From NCBI GenBank assembly GCA_034439575.1, contig JAWXAQ010000035.1, forward strand, positions 64,001 through 128,000: a stretch of 64,000 nucleotides of DNA, read 5' to 3'. The position numbers and the translations under genes were made by a program. The notes beneath the pieces were generated by a model. It had not been told where the DNA came from. It made no database searches and saw only the letters and a program-made list of their open reading frames with translations. This DNA comes from Leptospira sp. (GTDB lineage Bacteria; Spirochaetota; Leptospiria; Leptospirales; Leptospiraceae). Positions 39,319 to 50,245 of this stretch are shown one piece after another (within the stretch, counting starts at the first letter, position 1; every line of letters begins with the position of its first letter).

Positions 39319-40698
39319 TTAATTTGAAAAATGAACCCAATCCATGAGATAAAGAATGCCTCCGCCCACTGTCAAAAAAATTAATATGGCAATGACCGAT
39401 ATCAATCCTCCTACCTTAGCCATCTCGGAACTACGAATGCCACCGTAACTAAAGGCCAAAGCATTTGGTGGTGTTGAAATCGGAAACGGCATCGCAAGCG
39501 AGGCACCTATTGTCGCGCCTAGTGCGGAAGGGAGTATTACCATCTGAGGCAGACCCATAGTAATCGGTAATAGTAAATTTGCCACAGAAGTATTGCTCAA
39601 GAAACATGATAAGGAAAGGGACATAAAGCTAAAAAATACAAATAAAAATAAGGGAGATTTTCCATCTAACATAAATGATTCGATCAAATGTTTAGCAAGG
39701 CCCGTTTCTTCTAATGCTTTACCAAGGGCGATCCCACCACCCATTAAGATCAAAACATCCCAAGAAAGGGAGCGGAACTCTTCTAGAGAGAGTAATTTAA
39801 AACCAAAGAATGTGATAACAGGAAAAAGTGCAATGGTGCCGTTTGGTATGCCATGAAAGTCAGAAGTCAGCCATCCAAAAACGGTAACAAGGATTATAGA
39901 TAAGCTAATGATTGTCTTTTTATTATACTTGCCATCAACACTCTTTGGTAAAACAAAAAGTTTTTTACTTTCTTCCTCTTTACCTCTAAGATATAAAAAG
40001 TAAAGCAAGACGCATAAGGCAAAGATAGAAATGATACACACAGGAATGGCAAAAGCCATCCAGGGTAAAAAACCTATATCAATACCTTTTTCTTTCATAT
40101 ATCCTATGCCGATCACATTGGGCAAAGTTCCCACAGGTGTTCCGATTCCACCTAAATTCGCAGAAAATGGTACCACAAACAAAATCGACTTCCTTAAATG
40201 CGATGATTCGTTTAAAGTTTTTAGCATAGGCATAACTAAACCTAACATCATTGCAGCTGTCGCAGTATTATTCATCCAACAAGATAAAAATCCCGTAGAA
40301 AACCCAAGACCCAATAACAAAAGAATTGATGAACCTCTAGTTTTTTTAATTACAATGCGAGCCAAAGATTGATCTAAATTATAATGTGAAATTGCCTGAG
40401 AAATTACAAATTCACCTAAGAAGAGTAAAATGGTTTCTGAAAAAAAACAAGAAAGGAATACCGCGGGTTTTGGAGCACCAACTCCCCAAGACGGTATTAG
40501 CCAAACTAGTTCTAAAAATAAAACCAAAAATCCGGTCACATAAAGAGGTATCAATTCAGAAATCCATAAGTAGGCGGAGACAAGTGCAATTGCTAAATTG
40601 ATTTCCTGAATATGAGTCAGGTTAAACCATACTTGGTAATAGCCAAATACAGCAGGCATAACAAAAATCAGGGAAATAAGGATAGATATGAATTTCAT
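39319..40698 (-). CDS. SLC13/DASS family anion permease
   Basis: WMNNTAT, GGIGTPVGTLPN, FLSNTS, PISTPPNA. Confidence 0.93.
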   Translation of the reverse strand: MKFISILISLIFVMPAVFGYYQVWFNLTHIQEINLAIALVSAYLWISELIPLYVTGFLVLFLELVWLIPSWGVGAPKPAVFLSCFFSETILLFLGEFVISQAISHYNLDQSLARIVIKKTRGSSILLLLGLGFSTGFLSCWMNNTATAAMMLGLVMPMLKTLNESSHLRKSILFVVPFSANLGGIGTPVGTLPNVIGIGYMKEKGIDIGFLPWMAFAIPVCIISIFALCVLLYFLYLRGKEEESKKLFVLPKSVDGKYNKKTIISLSIILVTVFGWLTSDFHGIPNGTIALFPVITFFGFKLLSLEEFRSLSWDVLILMGGGIALGKALEETGLAKHLIESFMLDGKSPLFLFVFFSFMSLSLSCFLSNTSVANLLLPITMGLPQMVILPSALGATIGASLAMPFPISTPPNALAFSYGGIRSSEMAKVGGLISVIAILIFLTVGGGILYLMDWVHFSN

Positions 40699-40788
40699 TG
40701 TGACTTGACGATTTCCTTAAGAATTGATACTTTCAATTTGTAATAAATTACAATCAACAAAAAGAGGACACAAAGGAGAATTTCTATT

Positions 40789-40998
40789 ATGTTTAAAAAA
40801 TTTCTATTTCATATCATTGGTCTAGGTTTAATTCTTGGTGGATGGTTTGTTTGCATCATAAATGTCGGCTTGGATCGCGGGGCGACTCCATTTCGTTTTT
40901 TTTCTATCCCGAATTTAATTGGATTAACCTTGATCTTGTTAGGGGCTTACTTTCCAGAATTAGCCACTCGATTTCTTGGTGAAAAAGAAACTAAATAG
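40789..40998 (+). CDS. Small two-TM membrane protein
   Basis: AAGGAG upstream; two hydrophobic helices; ends 11 nt before the next gene. Confidence 0.65.
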   Translation: MFKKFLFHIIGLGLILGGWFVCIINVGLDRGATPFRFFSIPNLIGLTLILLGAYFPELATRFLGEKETK

Positions 40999-41009
40999 CA
41001 CCCTTCTCT

Positions 41010-43430
41010 ATGGCAATAGCATATAACGATTTAAGGCAAGCAGTGTTGGGTAGCGGACCTATGGGTCTGATCATATCCTCCCTGATTGCTAAAAAATTTG
41101 ATGAAGTCGTGCTTTGGATTCCTGACCGGGAAATCGTAGAATCTTTAAAACGCAGACGCCAAACAGAAATTATGGGAATCACTTTGGACATTCCCGATCA
41201 TGTCCAAATTGTATCTAGTTTAGAAATTTTTGGAAGGGATGATTGGGCATTTCATATCGCTGTTCCTTCCCGATCTTTTATGGACAGTCTGCACTCATTA
41301 ATTGATACCATAAGTCCCAAAAATGATTTTGTATTTTCTTTTTTTACAAAAGGTATTTTGGACTCCAAATATAGAAAAAAGCACGGATTCGTCACTTATA
41401 GTCAATATCTTGAATTTATTTTAAAAGAAAAAAATATTACTTCTTCTACGATAGCAGTTGTTAATGGACCATCTATGATTGCTGAGATCATGGAAGAAAA
41501 ATATGCTTATTTCAATGTGGGTTCATCCGAAAAAAAGACGAGCGAATTTATTTCCGAAATTTTTAACTCAAATAGAATCAATTCATCCATTACAGAAGAC
41601 GTGCATGGGATGGAAATCATTGGCGTTGCTAAAAATCCGATGGCCATTGCTTCTGGAATTGTCTCACTAATGCCTCATTATGGCTCAAATCTATTAGGTG
41701 AGCTTTTATCAAATGGATTCCAAGAAGTTCGAGACTTAGCCATGAAATACGGGGCTCGCATTGATACTGTTATGGGAAGATCTGGCCTAGCCGACTTTAT
41801 AGCAACCGCGACAAGTGGAAAAAGTCGAAATAGAAATTTTGGAAGAAAAATCGTTGGAGAATTGTTAAGCGGACAAGAAAAATTGAGCATCCGTGATCGG
41901 ATTGAAATATTTTTTTCTCCAAAACAATTTATCGAAAGGGAATCCGATAAATGGCATGATAATATTGAAGGAACCTATGCATTAAGTATTCTCATAGAAC
42001 TCGCTAATGAAATTCGTTTACCTTTTACTTTACATCGAATCTTATTTGATGTACTTACTAGAAAACAACCACCAGAAGCTCTTATTAATTATATACAAGG
42101 TGGAAGCAACCAAACTCTTGCGCCACCTCCAGTCGTTCCTAAACGTGTTGGCCTTGACTTAACATCGGGAATAGACTTTCACACCTTGCTTGTTGACAGA
42201 ATTTTAAAAAATGTCCAAAATTCTCAAGGTAGTATTGGAAGAATCAAAAAACAATCTTCGGCAATCATAGAATCTACTCAAAAAAGATTAACAAAAGCTA
42301 AACGAACCAAACAAAAACTCGAAGAAAATAAATTCTCTGCCGAAATGGAAATCTGGCAAAAGTTCAATCGTGCAAATAGTGATGAAGATTCTACTTTCAT
42401 AAAAGAACTGATTCGATTTTATGTTCGAGAGATAGCTGATAATTATAGTCCTACAGTTCGTGAATCTTTGTTACGTTTTATTGCACCGATTCGTCTATTT
42501 TCTGGGGGATTTCTCAAAGGTTCAATGATACCTCATGTCGGTGGAAAAACCGAAGTAGTGAAAGCATTATCATCAAAATATAATGTTTTATATGCCCCCA
42601 CACATAGATCTCATTTAGATTCCGTGGAAGTCGCATATTCATTGTTCCACTTAGGACTTCCTGTTCCCCGTTATGCGGCTGGGATAAACTTAATGTCAAA
42701 TCCTTTTTGGGAGTGGATGTTAAAATCATTGGGCGCATACGCAGTAGATCGAGAACGAACACGAAATAGTTTATACCTTGAATGTTTAACTTTATATTCG
42801 CAAGTTATGCTTGAACAAGGTATACCTTCCCTTGTTTATCCAGAAGGTACTAGATCAAGGACTGGAGCTATTGTTCCAGTCAAAACAGGACTATTAACTA
42901 CAGCAGTAAATGCGTTTCGAAGCTCGGGTACAGAAATTTTAATCGTTCCAATTTCAATTTCTTATGAATCAGTCCCAGAAGATAATCAATTCTGTGACAT
43001 TGATGAAGAATTAGGCATGGCAGGCTTTCTTGCGAAAAGAACAAATGTTTATGTAGAATTTTGTGATCCCATCCCAATTTCACAATATGCACATAACGAT
43101 GACGCTACCCTTGAATTATCTTATCGCATAACTAAAGGATGGAAACAATTTCATAAATTATTGCCAAATCAAATCATTGCAAAATTATTAATGGAAAATG
43201 AACATCATATTGAAATATCTCAGGCAACTATGTTAGTTGAAGATTTTATTTCGAGACACCCGGGCAATTACTTAACTAAAGATCCAGAAGAAATCTGGTC
43301 TAAAGGAAAAAAAATTCTAGAAAAAAGAAAGTTTGTAGAAGAAACAAATCGAGTTTTACAATCTAAAAATCAAGCTTTGGTCAATTATTATGGATCGATG
43401 ATTCCAGAAGATGAAGACAAAAAATATTAA
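41010..43430 (+). CDS. Fusion of NAD(P)H glycerol-3-phosphate dehydrogenase (GpsA-like) and glycerol-3-phosphate acyltransferase (PlsB/PlsC-like)
   Basis: N-terminal GSGPMG, AKNPMAIASG, GLADFIAT...SRNRNFG; C-terminal HRSHLD (HxxxxD), AAGINL, YPEGTRSRTG. Confidence 0.9.
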   Translation: MAIAYNDLRQAVLGSGPMGLIISSLIAKKFDEVVLWIPDREIVESLKRRRQTEIMGITLDIPDHVQIVSSLEIFGRDDWAFHIAVPSRSFMDSLHSLIDTISPKNDFVFSFFTKGILDSKYRKKHGFVTYSQYLEFILKEKNITSSTIAVVNGPSMIAEIMEEKYAYFNVGSSEKKTSEFISEIFNSNRINSSITEDVHGMEIIGVAKNPMAIASGIVSLMPHYGSNLLGELLSNGFQEVRDLAMKYGARIDTVMGRSGLADFIATATSGKSRNRNFGRKIVGELLSGQEKLSIRDRIEIFFSPKQFIERESDKWHDNIEGTYALSILIELANEIRLPFTLHRILFDVLTRKQPPEALINYIQGGSNQTLAPPPVVPKRVGLDLTSGIDFHTLLVDRILKNVQNSQGSIGRIKKQSSAIIESTQKRLTKAKRTKQKLEENKFSAEMEIWQKFNRANSDEDSTFIKELIRFYVREIADNYSPTVRESLLRFIAPIRLFSGGFLKGSMIPHVGGKTEVVKALSSKYNVLYAPTHRSHLDSVEVAYSLFHLGLPVPRYAAGINLMSNPFWEWMLKSLGAYAVDRERTRNSLYLECLTLYSQVMLEQGIPSLVYPEGTRSRTGAIVPVKTGLLTTAVNAFRSSGTEILIVPISISYESVPEDNQFCDIDEELGMAGFLAKRTNVYVEFCDPIPISQYAHNDDATLELSYRITKGWKQFHKLLPNQIIAKLLMENEHHIEISQATMLVEDFISRHPGNYLTKDPEEIWSKGKKILEKRKFVEETNRVLQSKNQALVNYYGSMIPEDEDKKY

Positions 43431-43441
43431 TTAAGACCATT

Positions 43442-44347
43442 CTAATTCTCTAATATCGGATCTATCTTAATGACTCTTTTACCAGAATTAATAAGGTAAA
43501 CGGCAATGATCGCGAGTGCTCCGCCAATCAAAACATTGGCCTGAATCTTTTCACCTAAGATTAAATAACTGGAAAGATATGCGGAAAGTGGCACTGTGAA
43601 TATAAATGAACTTGCAATGTCAGATCCCAAATTCCTAGCCGCATAAAAGTAAACTGTTGTTCCAAAGGTCGTAGAAATAATAGAAAGATAAAAGACAATC
43701 AACCAAAATTCTGCACCAAAGGAAAATACGGTTAACAATGTCGGATCTTGAAAGCAAAACATAAATTCAATAATAGTCCCAACAGCATAAACATATAGAC
43801 TATAGGCGATCGGTGACATACTTTTACCGGACCTTTGGCTATTCAAAGAAAGTACGGCCCAAGTGATAGATCCTAAAAGAAAAAATAGGTTTCCAGATTG
43901 AATTAAGTTATCAATTGAGATTTCCCAGACTTTTAAAATTGTCATTCCCCCAAGTAAACCAAAGAATAAACCTAACGACTGTCTTTTGTTAACTCCTCTC
44001 TTTAATAATATAGCGACAATAAAAAAAGTGACTATAGGATTTAAAGTAGTTACGAGAACTCCACCTGCACCTGGCAATCCATTGCTCAAACCCAAAAAGA
44101 AAAATTGATTATATAAGGTATATATGATTCCACCTATGATTACATCAAAATAATCACGGCCAGACTTTAGTAAAAAGGGAATTTTCAATAATAGCATCAA
44201 TGGAATGACGGAAGCAAAGGTTATCAAGAATCGCCAAAAAACCAATACATGAATCGGAACAGAATTTGAAATCATTTTGGCAATAGGCCAAGAGATACCC
44301 CATGATATCATAGCAATAACTAATAAAAATACAAATCGGAAATTCAT
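43442..44347 (-). CDS. DMT/EamA family transporter
   Basis: About 10 TMs, WGISWP..K, WRF, ILGE. Confidence 0.9.
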   Translation of the reverse strand: MNFRFVFLLVIAMISWGISWPIAKMISNSVPIHVLVFWRFLITFASVIPLMLLLKIPFLLKSGRDYFDVIIGGIIYTLYNQFFFLGLSNGLPGAGGVLVTTLNPIVTFFIVAILLKRGVNKRQSLGLFFGLLGGMTILKVWEISIDNLIQSGNLFFLLGSITWAVLSLNSQRSGKSMSPIAYSLYVYAVGTIIEFMFCFQDPTLLTVFSFGAEFWLIVFYLSIISTTFGTTVYFYAARNLGSDIASSFIFTVPLSAYLSSYLILGEKIQANVLIGGALAIIAVYLINSGKRVIKIDPILEN

Positions 44348-45252
44348 AAAAAACCTACTTCTAATATGTTAAAAAAAATATATGTAGTAAGAAAAGAAAG
44401 CGGAATCCCAATACCTAACATAAGACTTGCTAGATGCGGTGCTATGTTTCGATCAATCGCAACTATAGTAGATGTTACCATAGGTGCCATAGCGGCTTCC
44501 ATTACAATAGTTTTGTACATTAATTGATTCGGTGTAATAAAATGATAAACAAAAGCGACAATCATTGGAAGTAAAATTAACTTTACACCCAATCCGATGC
44601 CTAGCGCAAAAGAATGACCTTTCAATGTTCTCAAATTTAATAAAAAACCTACTGATACCAAAGCGAGAGGCGTCAATGTATCACCTAATCGAACAAGTAC
44701 GGTCATCAACCAAGAAGGATAATCAAAAGGTCGAAGTAAAATGGCTATAATTAAAGCAATCACTGGTGGAAAGGAAAATACTCTTTTTAATAGTGCACTC
44801 AATGTCCATTTACCTGATTCAGAAATGGATGCAAGTATCAATCCAGGAAAACTTAAAACAAAAAAGGTTCCCAATTGATCAGAAATGATAGCATAACCTA
44901 TAGCATCTTTACCAAGGTATAATTCCAATAATGGAATCCCGACAAACGATGTGTTTCCAAGCCCTGCTGTTAAAATCAAACAAATCGTAGTCTTTAATTC
45001 GAATATTTTAAAGTAATATAATACATAAAAAACAAGAACTGCTATGAAAAATATCATCCATGGCATTAGTGCCGGTAATAGAATTTCATAAGTTATATTA
45101 ACTTCATGAATATGCTTTAATACTAATGCTGGTAAGGACACATACAATATAAATGCATTGAGCACCTCAGGAGTATTTTTAGGGAATCTATCAATGCGTC
45201 GAAAGAGAATCCCCAATAAAAAACATAATATTAATAAAACTAAATTTGACAC
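44344..45252 (-). CDS. AEC (auxin efflux carrier) family transporter
   Basis: YVSLPAL, GNTSFVGIP, PLALVSVG, KLILLP, EAAMAP; GTG start. Confidence 0.9.
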   Translation of the reverse strand: MSNLVLLILCFLLGILFRRIDRFPKNTPEVLNAFILYVSLPALVLKHIHEVNITYEILLPALMPWMIFFIAVLVFYVLYYFKIFELKTTICLILTAGLGNTSFVGIPLLELYLGKDAIGYAIISDQLGTFFVLSFPGLILASISESGKWTLSALLKRVFSFPPVIALIIAILLRPFDYPSWLMTVLVRLGDTLTPLALVSVGFLLNLRTLKGHSFALGIGLGVKLILLPMIVAFVYHFITPNQLMYKTIVMEAAMAPMVTSTIVAIDRNIAPHLASLMLGIGIPLSFLTTYIFFNILEVGFL

Positions 45253-46967
45253 TAATATTGATTAATTGCATCCATTGCGACTGAATTCATAAATACTCCG
45301 TCAGCTCTTCTTGGTGCTTCCAGTCCGTTATCAAAAATTTCGGCAAATCCATTAGCAAAATGTAAATAGATAGATTCTTTTTGTTTTTTTTGATCATATA
45401 ATACTTGTTCAATTAATTCAGCAAGGGCAAAGACTCCATAGGCTAATTCTGCAATATAAACGCGATTCATTTCTCGCCATTCCTTTGTTTGTTCATCTAA
45501 AATAATATTCAGATCTTTTCTTTTTTTCAAAAATACATTCCAAACAAAATTTAAATTAGAAGATTTTTCAGCACCATTTGTTAATTCTGAGATCAATTGG
45601 TCAAAAGCCTGAAATACTTTTTTCTTCTGCATAGCATGTAATACGTGATTGGTGATAATTAGATGAGTTCCTTCCCAAGTTTCATTAATGATAGAATCAT
45701 TATGGAGTCTAGGTAGTGGCGAAAAATCAGCAATAATACCGTTTCCACCCAAACATAAAATTGCCTTTTGAGTGATTAAACTTGCTTGTGATGAAGATTT
45801 GTATTTTAAAAGTGGGATTAGTATATCAGCCGCTAAATGCTCTTTTTCACTCAGATGAATAGAACGAAAATTTACTAGTGTATTTGTTGTTTGCAAAATT
45901 TGCATTTCAGCGAGATTTCTTGCGAAGGCAGAAAATTGATTCACATTTTTCCCATACGCAGTTCTCCACTTTCCATATTCAATGGCTTCCATCACACTAC
46001 GTCTAGCATTTCCACAAGAACCTAAACCTACATGAATTCTTGATATCTTAATAATGTACTTTATGAGATTGACGATTCCATGACCTGGTCTGCCAAACTC
46101 TTCTGCTTCCACATCATCATAAATAATTTCAACTGTCACTTTTCCTCGAGATCCGATAATATCTTTTTTCCTAAGAATATGGTGACCATTTAATTCCCCA
46201 TTCTCTTTGAATCTCGGAACTAAAAACAATCCTATCGTATTTGAATTTTCTAATTTAGCAGTGGTTACCCACAGATCGCCTGGATTGGAACAAAACCATT
46301 TTTCACCAGTGAGTGACCATTTTCCATTTTCTAATTTTTTAGCTATTGTACGGTTAGCTGATACATTACTTCCACCAACTCGTTCTGTAACGTATTGTCC
46401 CGCCATAAAATGAGAATGGCTTCCCTCTCCTGCAACAAGAGGTAAATATTTTTCTTTTTGTTTATCGCTTCCGATTTTTTTCAGTCCTAATATCATTCCA
46501 TCAGTCATTGCCAATGGGCAAGCAACTCCACCTTCTCCATTTAAATTCATCAAATACGTTAACGCATAACGATGAATATGTGGAAATTCAAATTTCCAAT
46601 CTTTATGAAAATCTAAATTGACGACACCATGTTCATAAGATATTTTTCTAGATTCAATTTGTTCGGTTGAATACTGGATAAAATCAATTCGTTTACCAGT
46701 TCGATCATATTTGATCACTTCACCATACTTTCCTTCTTTGTGAGATTTTTCTGTTAACTCATCCAGTATTCCGCCAACCAATTGCCCATATTCACTGATA
46801 TGTTTTTCCATTGCTTCTTTATGCTCATTGGAAAAATTTTCAGAATATCTGCTGACAACTCGTTGTAAAGCTTGGTCCATTTCATAAAAATTTTTTCCCC
46901 TTAGGCCTATATAATTTGAAATGTCGTAGGATTGGAGAGAAGGATGTTCAGAAATATGATGATTCAT
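45252..46967 (-). CDS. Acyl-CoA dehydrogenase family protein (AidB-like)
   Basis: [37 protein letters not shown]; likely start MNHHISEH at 46967. Confidence 0.88.
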   Translation of the reverse strand: MNHHISEHPSLQSYDISNYIGLRGKNFYEMDQALQRVVSRYSENFSNEHKEAMEKHISEYGQLVGGILDELTEKSHKEGKYGEVIKYDRTGKRIDFIQYSTEQIESRKISYEHGVVNLDFHKDWKFEFPHIHRYALTYLMNLNGEGGVACPLAMTDGMILGLKKIGSDKQKEKYLPLVAGEGSHSHFMAGQYVTERVGGSNVSANRTIAKKLENGKWSLTGEKWFCSNPGDLWVTTAKLENSNTIGLFLVPRFKENGELNGHHILRKKDIIGSRGKVTVEIIYDDVEAEEFGRPGHGIVNLIKYIIKISRIHVGLGSCGNARRSVMEAIEYGKWRTAYGKNVNQFSAFARNLAEMQILQTTNTLVNFRSIHLSEKEHLAADILIPLLKYKSSSQASLITQKAILCLGGNGIIADFSPLPRLHNDSIINETWEGTHLIITNHVLHAMQKKKVFQAFDQLISELTNGAEKSSNLNFVWNVFLKKRKDLNIILDEQTKEWREMNRVYIAELAYGVFALAELIEQVLYDQKKQKESIYLHFANGFAEIFDNGLEAPRRADGVFMNSVAMDAINQY

Positions 46968-47052
46968 ACTTCCAATAAAGAAAAAGGAACAAGGTTTAAC
47001 TAGCAAAAAAGAAACGCTTTGCAATTTTGGTACAAAGGTTGAAACCAGAAAG

Positions 47053-47928
47053 ATGGTATCGAAGTTAGATACAAATAAATCAAAACAAATCCTTGGAGAT
47101 GTAATTTTTGAATTACAAAACCAAAGTGATTCCTTGCGTTGGTTTCTGACTTATGATCGCCTAGCAGAACTTCTAGAAATGCGTAAAGAAGACTGCATCA
47201 GAAAAATTTATCAATTCCGAAGTACAAAACCACAAATGGCTTTGTCGGGCGGATTTCATGAGGTGGACGGAGATTACCTTATTGATTTTCTGAGCGAGGT
47301 ATTGGATTTAGATGATGTCCCTGCAGATTTTTTGAAATCCGGAATATTTTTTAGCGAACGTCCGTTATATGAACTGAGAGAATCATACAAATCACTGATC
47401 CAAAAAACGACAGATAATCATAAACTTGATAAAGAGTTACTTCTTCTACTTGCTACTGCCACAATTGATTTTGATGATGCTGTTGATTCCTATTTGATGG
47501 ACAAATTTGAAATTCATTTTTTTGTAAATCGAGCCATTCATTTCTTTTTAGAATCTAGAGATATCAATTTCGAGTATGGTGCTGAAGAATTTTTACGCGA
47601 ATACCTTCTTGCACTCATTCCTACAAAAATTTTAAATTTTCGAGACATCACAAGAGAATTCAGAGAAAGAGCTTATTATGAAATTTTTGGTCGTATAAGA
47701 TCTGATAAACCAAAAAAGAAAAAATCAAAACAAAAAATAAACCTAGAAGTAGAAGAATTGCTTACTTTTTTTGATTTAGATCATGATGCAAAATTATCAG
47801 ATATCAAAAAGAAATTTAAAGAATTACTAAAAAAATACCATCCTGATATAAACAAAAAAGGCGAAGAGATGACAAAAAAAATCATTCTCAAATACAATCG
47901 CCTTATATTATTACTCAATCAAGCTTAA
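47053..47928 (+). CDS. Protein with a C-terminal J domain
   Basis: [15 protein letters not shown] at the C-terminus; N-terminal ~220 aa unrecognised. Confidence 0.85.
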   Translation: MVSKLDTNKSKQILGDVIFELQNQSDSLRWFLTYDRLAELLEMRKEDCIRKIYQFRSTKPQMALSGGFHEVDGDYLIDFLSEVLDLDDVPADFLKSGIFFSERPLYELRESYKSLIQKTTDNHKLDKELLLLLATATIDFDDAVDSYLMDKFEIHFFVNRAIHFFLESRDINFEYGAEEFLREYLLALIPTKILNFRDITREFRERAYYEIFGRIRSDKPKKKKSKQKINLEVEELLTFFDLDHDAKLSDIKKKFKELLKKYHPDINKKGEEMTKKIILKYNRLILLLNQA

Positions 47929-47936
47929 CGGTCGTT

Positions 47937-48488
47937 CTATTTTACTTTGATTTGAAATGCGTAATTTATTTGTATATCGTCTTTAGCTTTCATAAACAAA
48001 AGAGACGGATTTTCCAGTTCGTATTCTGAAAATTTAGCGATCACTTTCCCTTCAATAGAAATAACGTTCGCTTCAACTTCAGAAACGATCGCATTCGACG
48101 AAAAATCTTTAGTTCGTCCATGTATTGTTAATTTGCCTTTGATCGTATAAGAACCTTCCGTTAATTGGACAGATTCCACTTTTATTTGGACCAATGGAAA
48201 TTCAGGATATCCCAAGATTTCTTTAATATGATCATCCCGACCATCATCACCCGATGTTATTTTAACAACGGGAACAGAAATTTGGAATGGAGATTTGAGA
48301 TTATATTTTCTCCCATTTTGTTGGATCTTTACCTCATCAACAGTAATATCAGAACAAATGCCCGTTACATATTTTGTAGCATGATCTACGTTAAATGTGA
48401 TTTCTTTCTTAAGAACTTCGGAACCAAAAATGGATCCGCTCGTAAACATCACTAAACCTAAAACAACAATTAGCCTTTTAAATTTCAT
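47937..48488 (-). CDS. YceI family protein
   Basis: Signal peptide, SGDDGRDDHI, GKLTIHG.TK, FSEYELENPSLLF. Confidence 0.85.
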   Translation of the reverse strand: MKFKRLIVVLGLVMFTSGSIFGSEVLKKEITFNVDHATKYVTGICSDITVDEVKIQQNGRKYNLKSPFQISVPVVKITSGDDGRDDHIKEILGYPEFPLVQIKVESVQLTEGSYTIKGKLTIHGRTKDFSSNAIVSEVEANVISIEGKVIAKFSEYELENPSLLFMKAKDDIQINYAFQIKVK

Positions 48489-48510
48489 ATCATTCTCCCG
48501 TAATCATAAT

Positions 48511-49206
48511 TCACAATATTGAACCTTTCCAAGTAGCAACTCCACTACCTTCTATCGGAAACGGATCACCAAGAAACTTTGGTGGAGTTTCCCAAAGGAT
48601 ATCCCAAAGTGCCAGTTGTCTGGCAAAAATTTCGCGTAAGCCATAAAAACGCTCTTTCTTATATATACGTAAATTGCATTCAAAAGCATACAACTTAAGA
48701 TTTAATTTGTTACCCAAATAAATAGCTCTTGGTAAAAAGAAAGACTGGCTTACAAAAATTGCATCTTTGACTTGAAAAACTTCTTTCGCACGGATAAGTG
48801 TATCAAGTGTACGAAATCCAGCATGATCTACAAACAAATCCTCAGGTCGCACTTGGTTTTTTAGCATAAAATCTAACATAGGTTTGAGTTCGTTATAATC
48901 CGATTGCCCATTATCACCTGACAGCAATATTTTTTTAACTTTTTTTGCCTTATATAAACTTAATCCGCACGCAAGGCGATCCGATAGAATCGTGGAAGGT
49001 GTTTTTCCACGCACAGCGGCACCAGGAATGATTGCCACTTGTGCCACAGGCATATTTTCGGTGAGAGATGAATGTTCTGAAGACGCGTACGCAGACTCGA
49101 TGCGGTAGTCAAAATATAGAATTAAAATGAGACAGAATAAGCATAAGATTCCTAATAATTTTATGAGGGATTTCCACTTGACCGAAGAAAGGAAACCGAA
49201 CGTCAT
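48511..49206 (-). CDS. SanA/ElyC/YdcF (DUF218) family protein
   Basis: IIPGAAV, LSDRL, LLSGDN...YNE, DHAGFRTLD, SQSFFLPRA, REIFAR; start uncertain (49206, 49233 or 49278). Confidence 0.88.
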   Translation of the reverse strand: MTFGFLSSVKWKSLIKLLGILCLFCLILILYFDYRIESAYASSEHSSLTENMPVAQVAIIPGAAVRGKTPSTILSDRLACGLSLYKAKKVKKILLSGDNGQSDYNELKPMLDFMLKNQVRPEDLFVDHAGFRTLDTLIRAKEVFQVKDAIFVSQSFFLPRAIYLGNKLNLKLYAFECNLRIYKKERFYGLREIFARQLALWDILWETPPKFLGDPFPIEGSGVATWKGSIL

Positions 49207-49231
49207 ATATATGTAGGATCTGAGCTTTGCC

Positions 49232-50245
49232 ATGAAGAAAAAAATTAAAGACCTTAAATCTGTTTTCTCACAGGACAATCCTCAGATCAAGAAACAGATT
49301 GATCGGGTCAAAGAAAAAGGACACCAAAGAATGACAATTATGGTCATTCCGCATGGTTATGATAGTTCGTTTAATTTTCAAATTTCCGTTTTCACAATTG
49401 TGTTTTTTCTGGGGCTAACAGTTTCCCTACTTTCCATTGCAATTTTGGCCGTTGTTCGCTCAAGCAACACTCAATCCCAAATCAATCAACTATCAGAAAT
49501 TTATGGAAATTATTTTGATACATACTTAACACATTCTCAACAATTTGAAGAGATGCGAGAAGAATATTCTAAGTTAAATGAGAATTTAATAGAACTATTT
49601 TCGCTCATTGATGGCCAAGATGACGAATTATTAAAAATTCCATCGGAAGATAGCATTCAATCTTCCGCATATGAACTCATACAGAAAGAAGAATTGGAAG
49701 ACAAACAATTGGATGTGGGTAGAAAGTACTTAAATGAAATTTATGATCTTAGAAACTTAAAATTTCGAATGACCGCCAATCAAAAATTAGTAGATGTTAA
49801 CTTTGATTTTTTATACAATCGAGCAGCTGTATTGTCCTCAACCCCATTATACAACCCAGTGTTATCTTATAACTTAACTTCAGCATTTGGCATGAGAAAA
49901 TCACCAACATCTGGCTTTTGGGAATTTCATGATGGTGTTGACCTAGCAAATGCTACTGGCACTCCTATTTACGCGACCGCCCCTGGAAAAGTGATTAAAG
50001 TTTCATATTCGAGCACTGGGTATGGACATCACATAGTGATACAACATGATTTTGGTTATACGACATTATACGGTCATTGTTCAAGAATACTTGTAAGAAT
50101 GGGACAAAATGTAAATCAAGGCGATTTAATTGGTGAAGTTGGTGCGACTGGCAATGTCACTGGGCCACATTTACATTATGAGATTCTTGTTTCTGAAGAA
50201 GGCAAACTTGACCCAGAAGAATATATGCAATCAGGGATTTATTGA
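49232..50245 (+). CDS. M23-family peptidase with N-terminal TM and coiled coil
   Basis: TSAFGMR, HDGVD, YGHC, TGPHLHYE. Confidence 0.92.
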   Translation: MKKKIKDLKSVFSQDNPQIKKQIDRVKEKGHQRMTIMVIPHGYDSSFNFQISVFTIVFFLGLTVSLLSIAILAVVRSSNTQSQINQLSEIYGNYFDTYLTHSQQFEEMREEYSKLNENLIELFSLIDGQDDELLKIPSEDSIQSSAYELIQKEELEDKQLDVGRKYLNEIYDLRNLKFRMTANQKLVDVNFDFLYNRAAVLSSTPLYNPVLSYNLTSAFGMRKSPTSGFWEFHDGVDLANATGTPIYATAPGKVIKVSYSSTGYGHHIVIQHDFGYTTLYGHCSRILVRMGQNVNQGDLIGEVGATGNVTGPHLHYEILVSEEGKLDPEEYMQSGIY

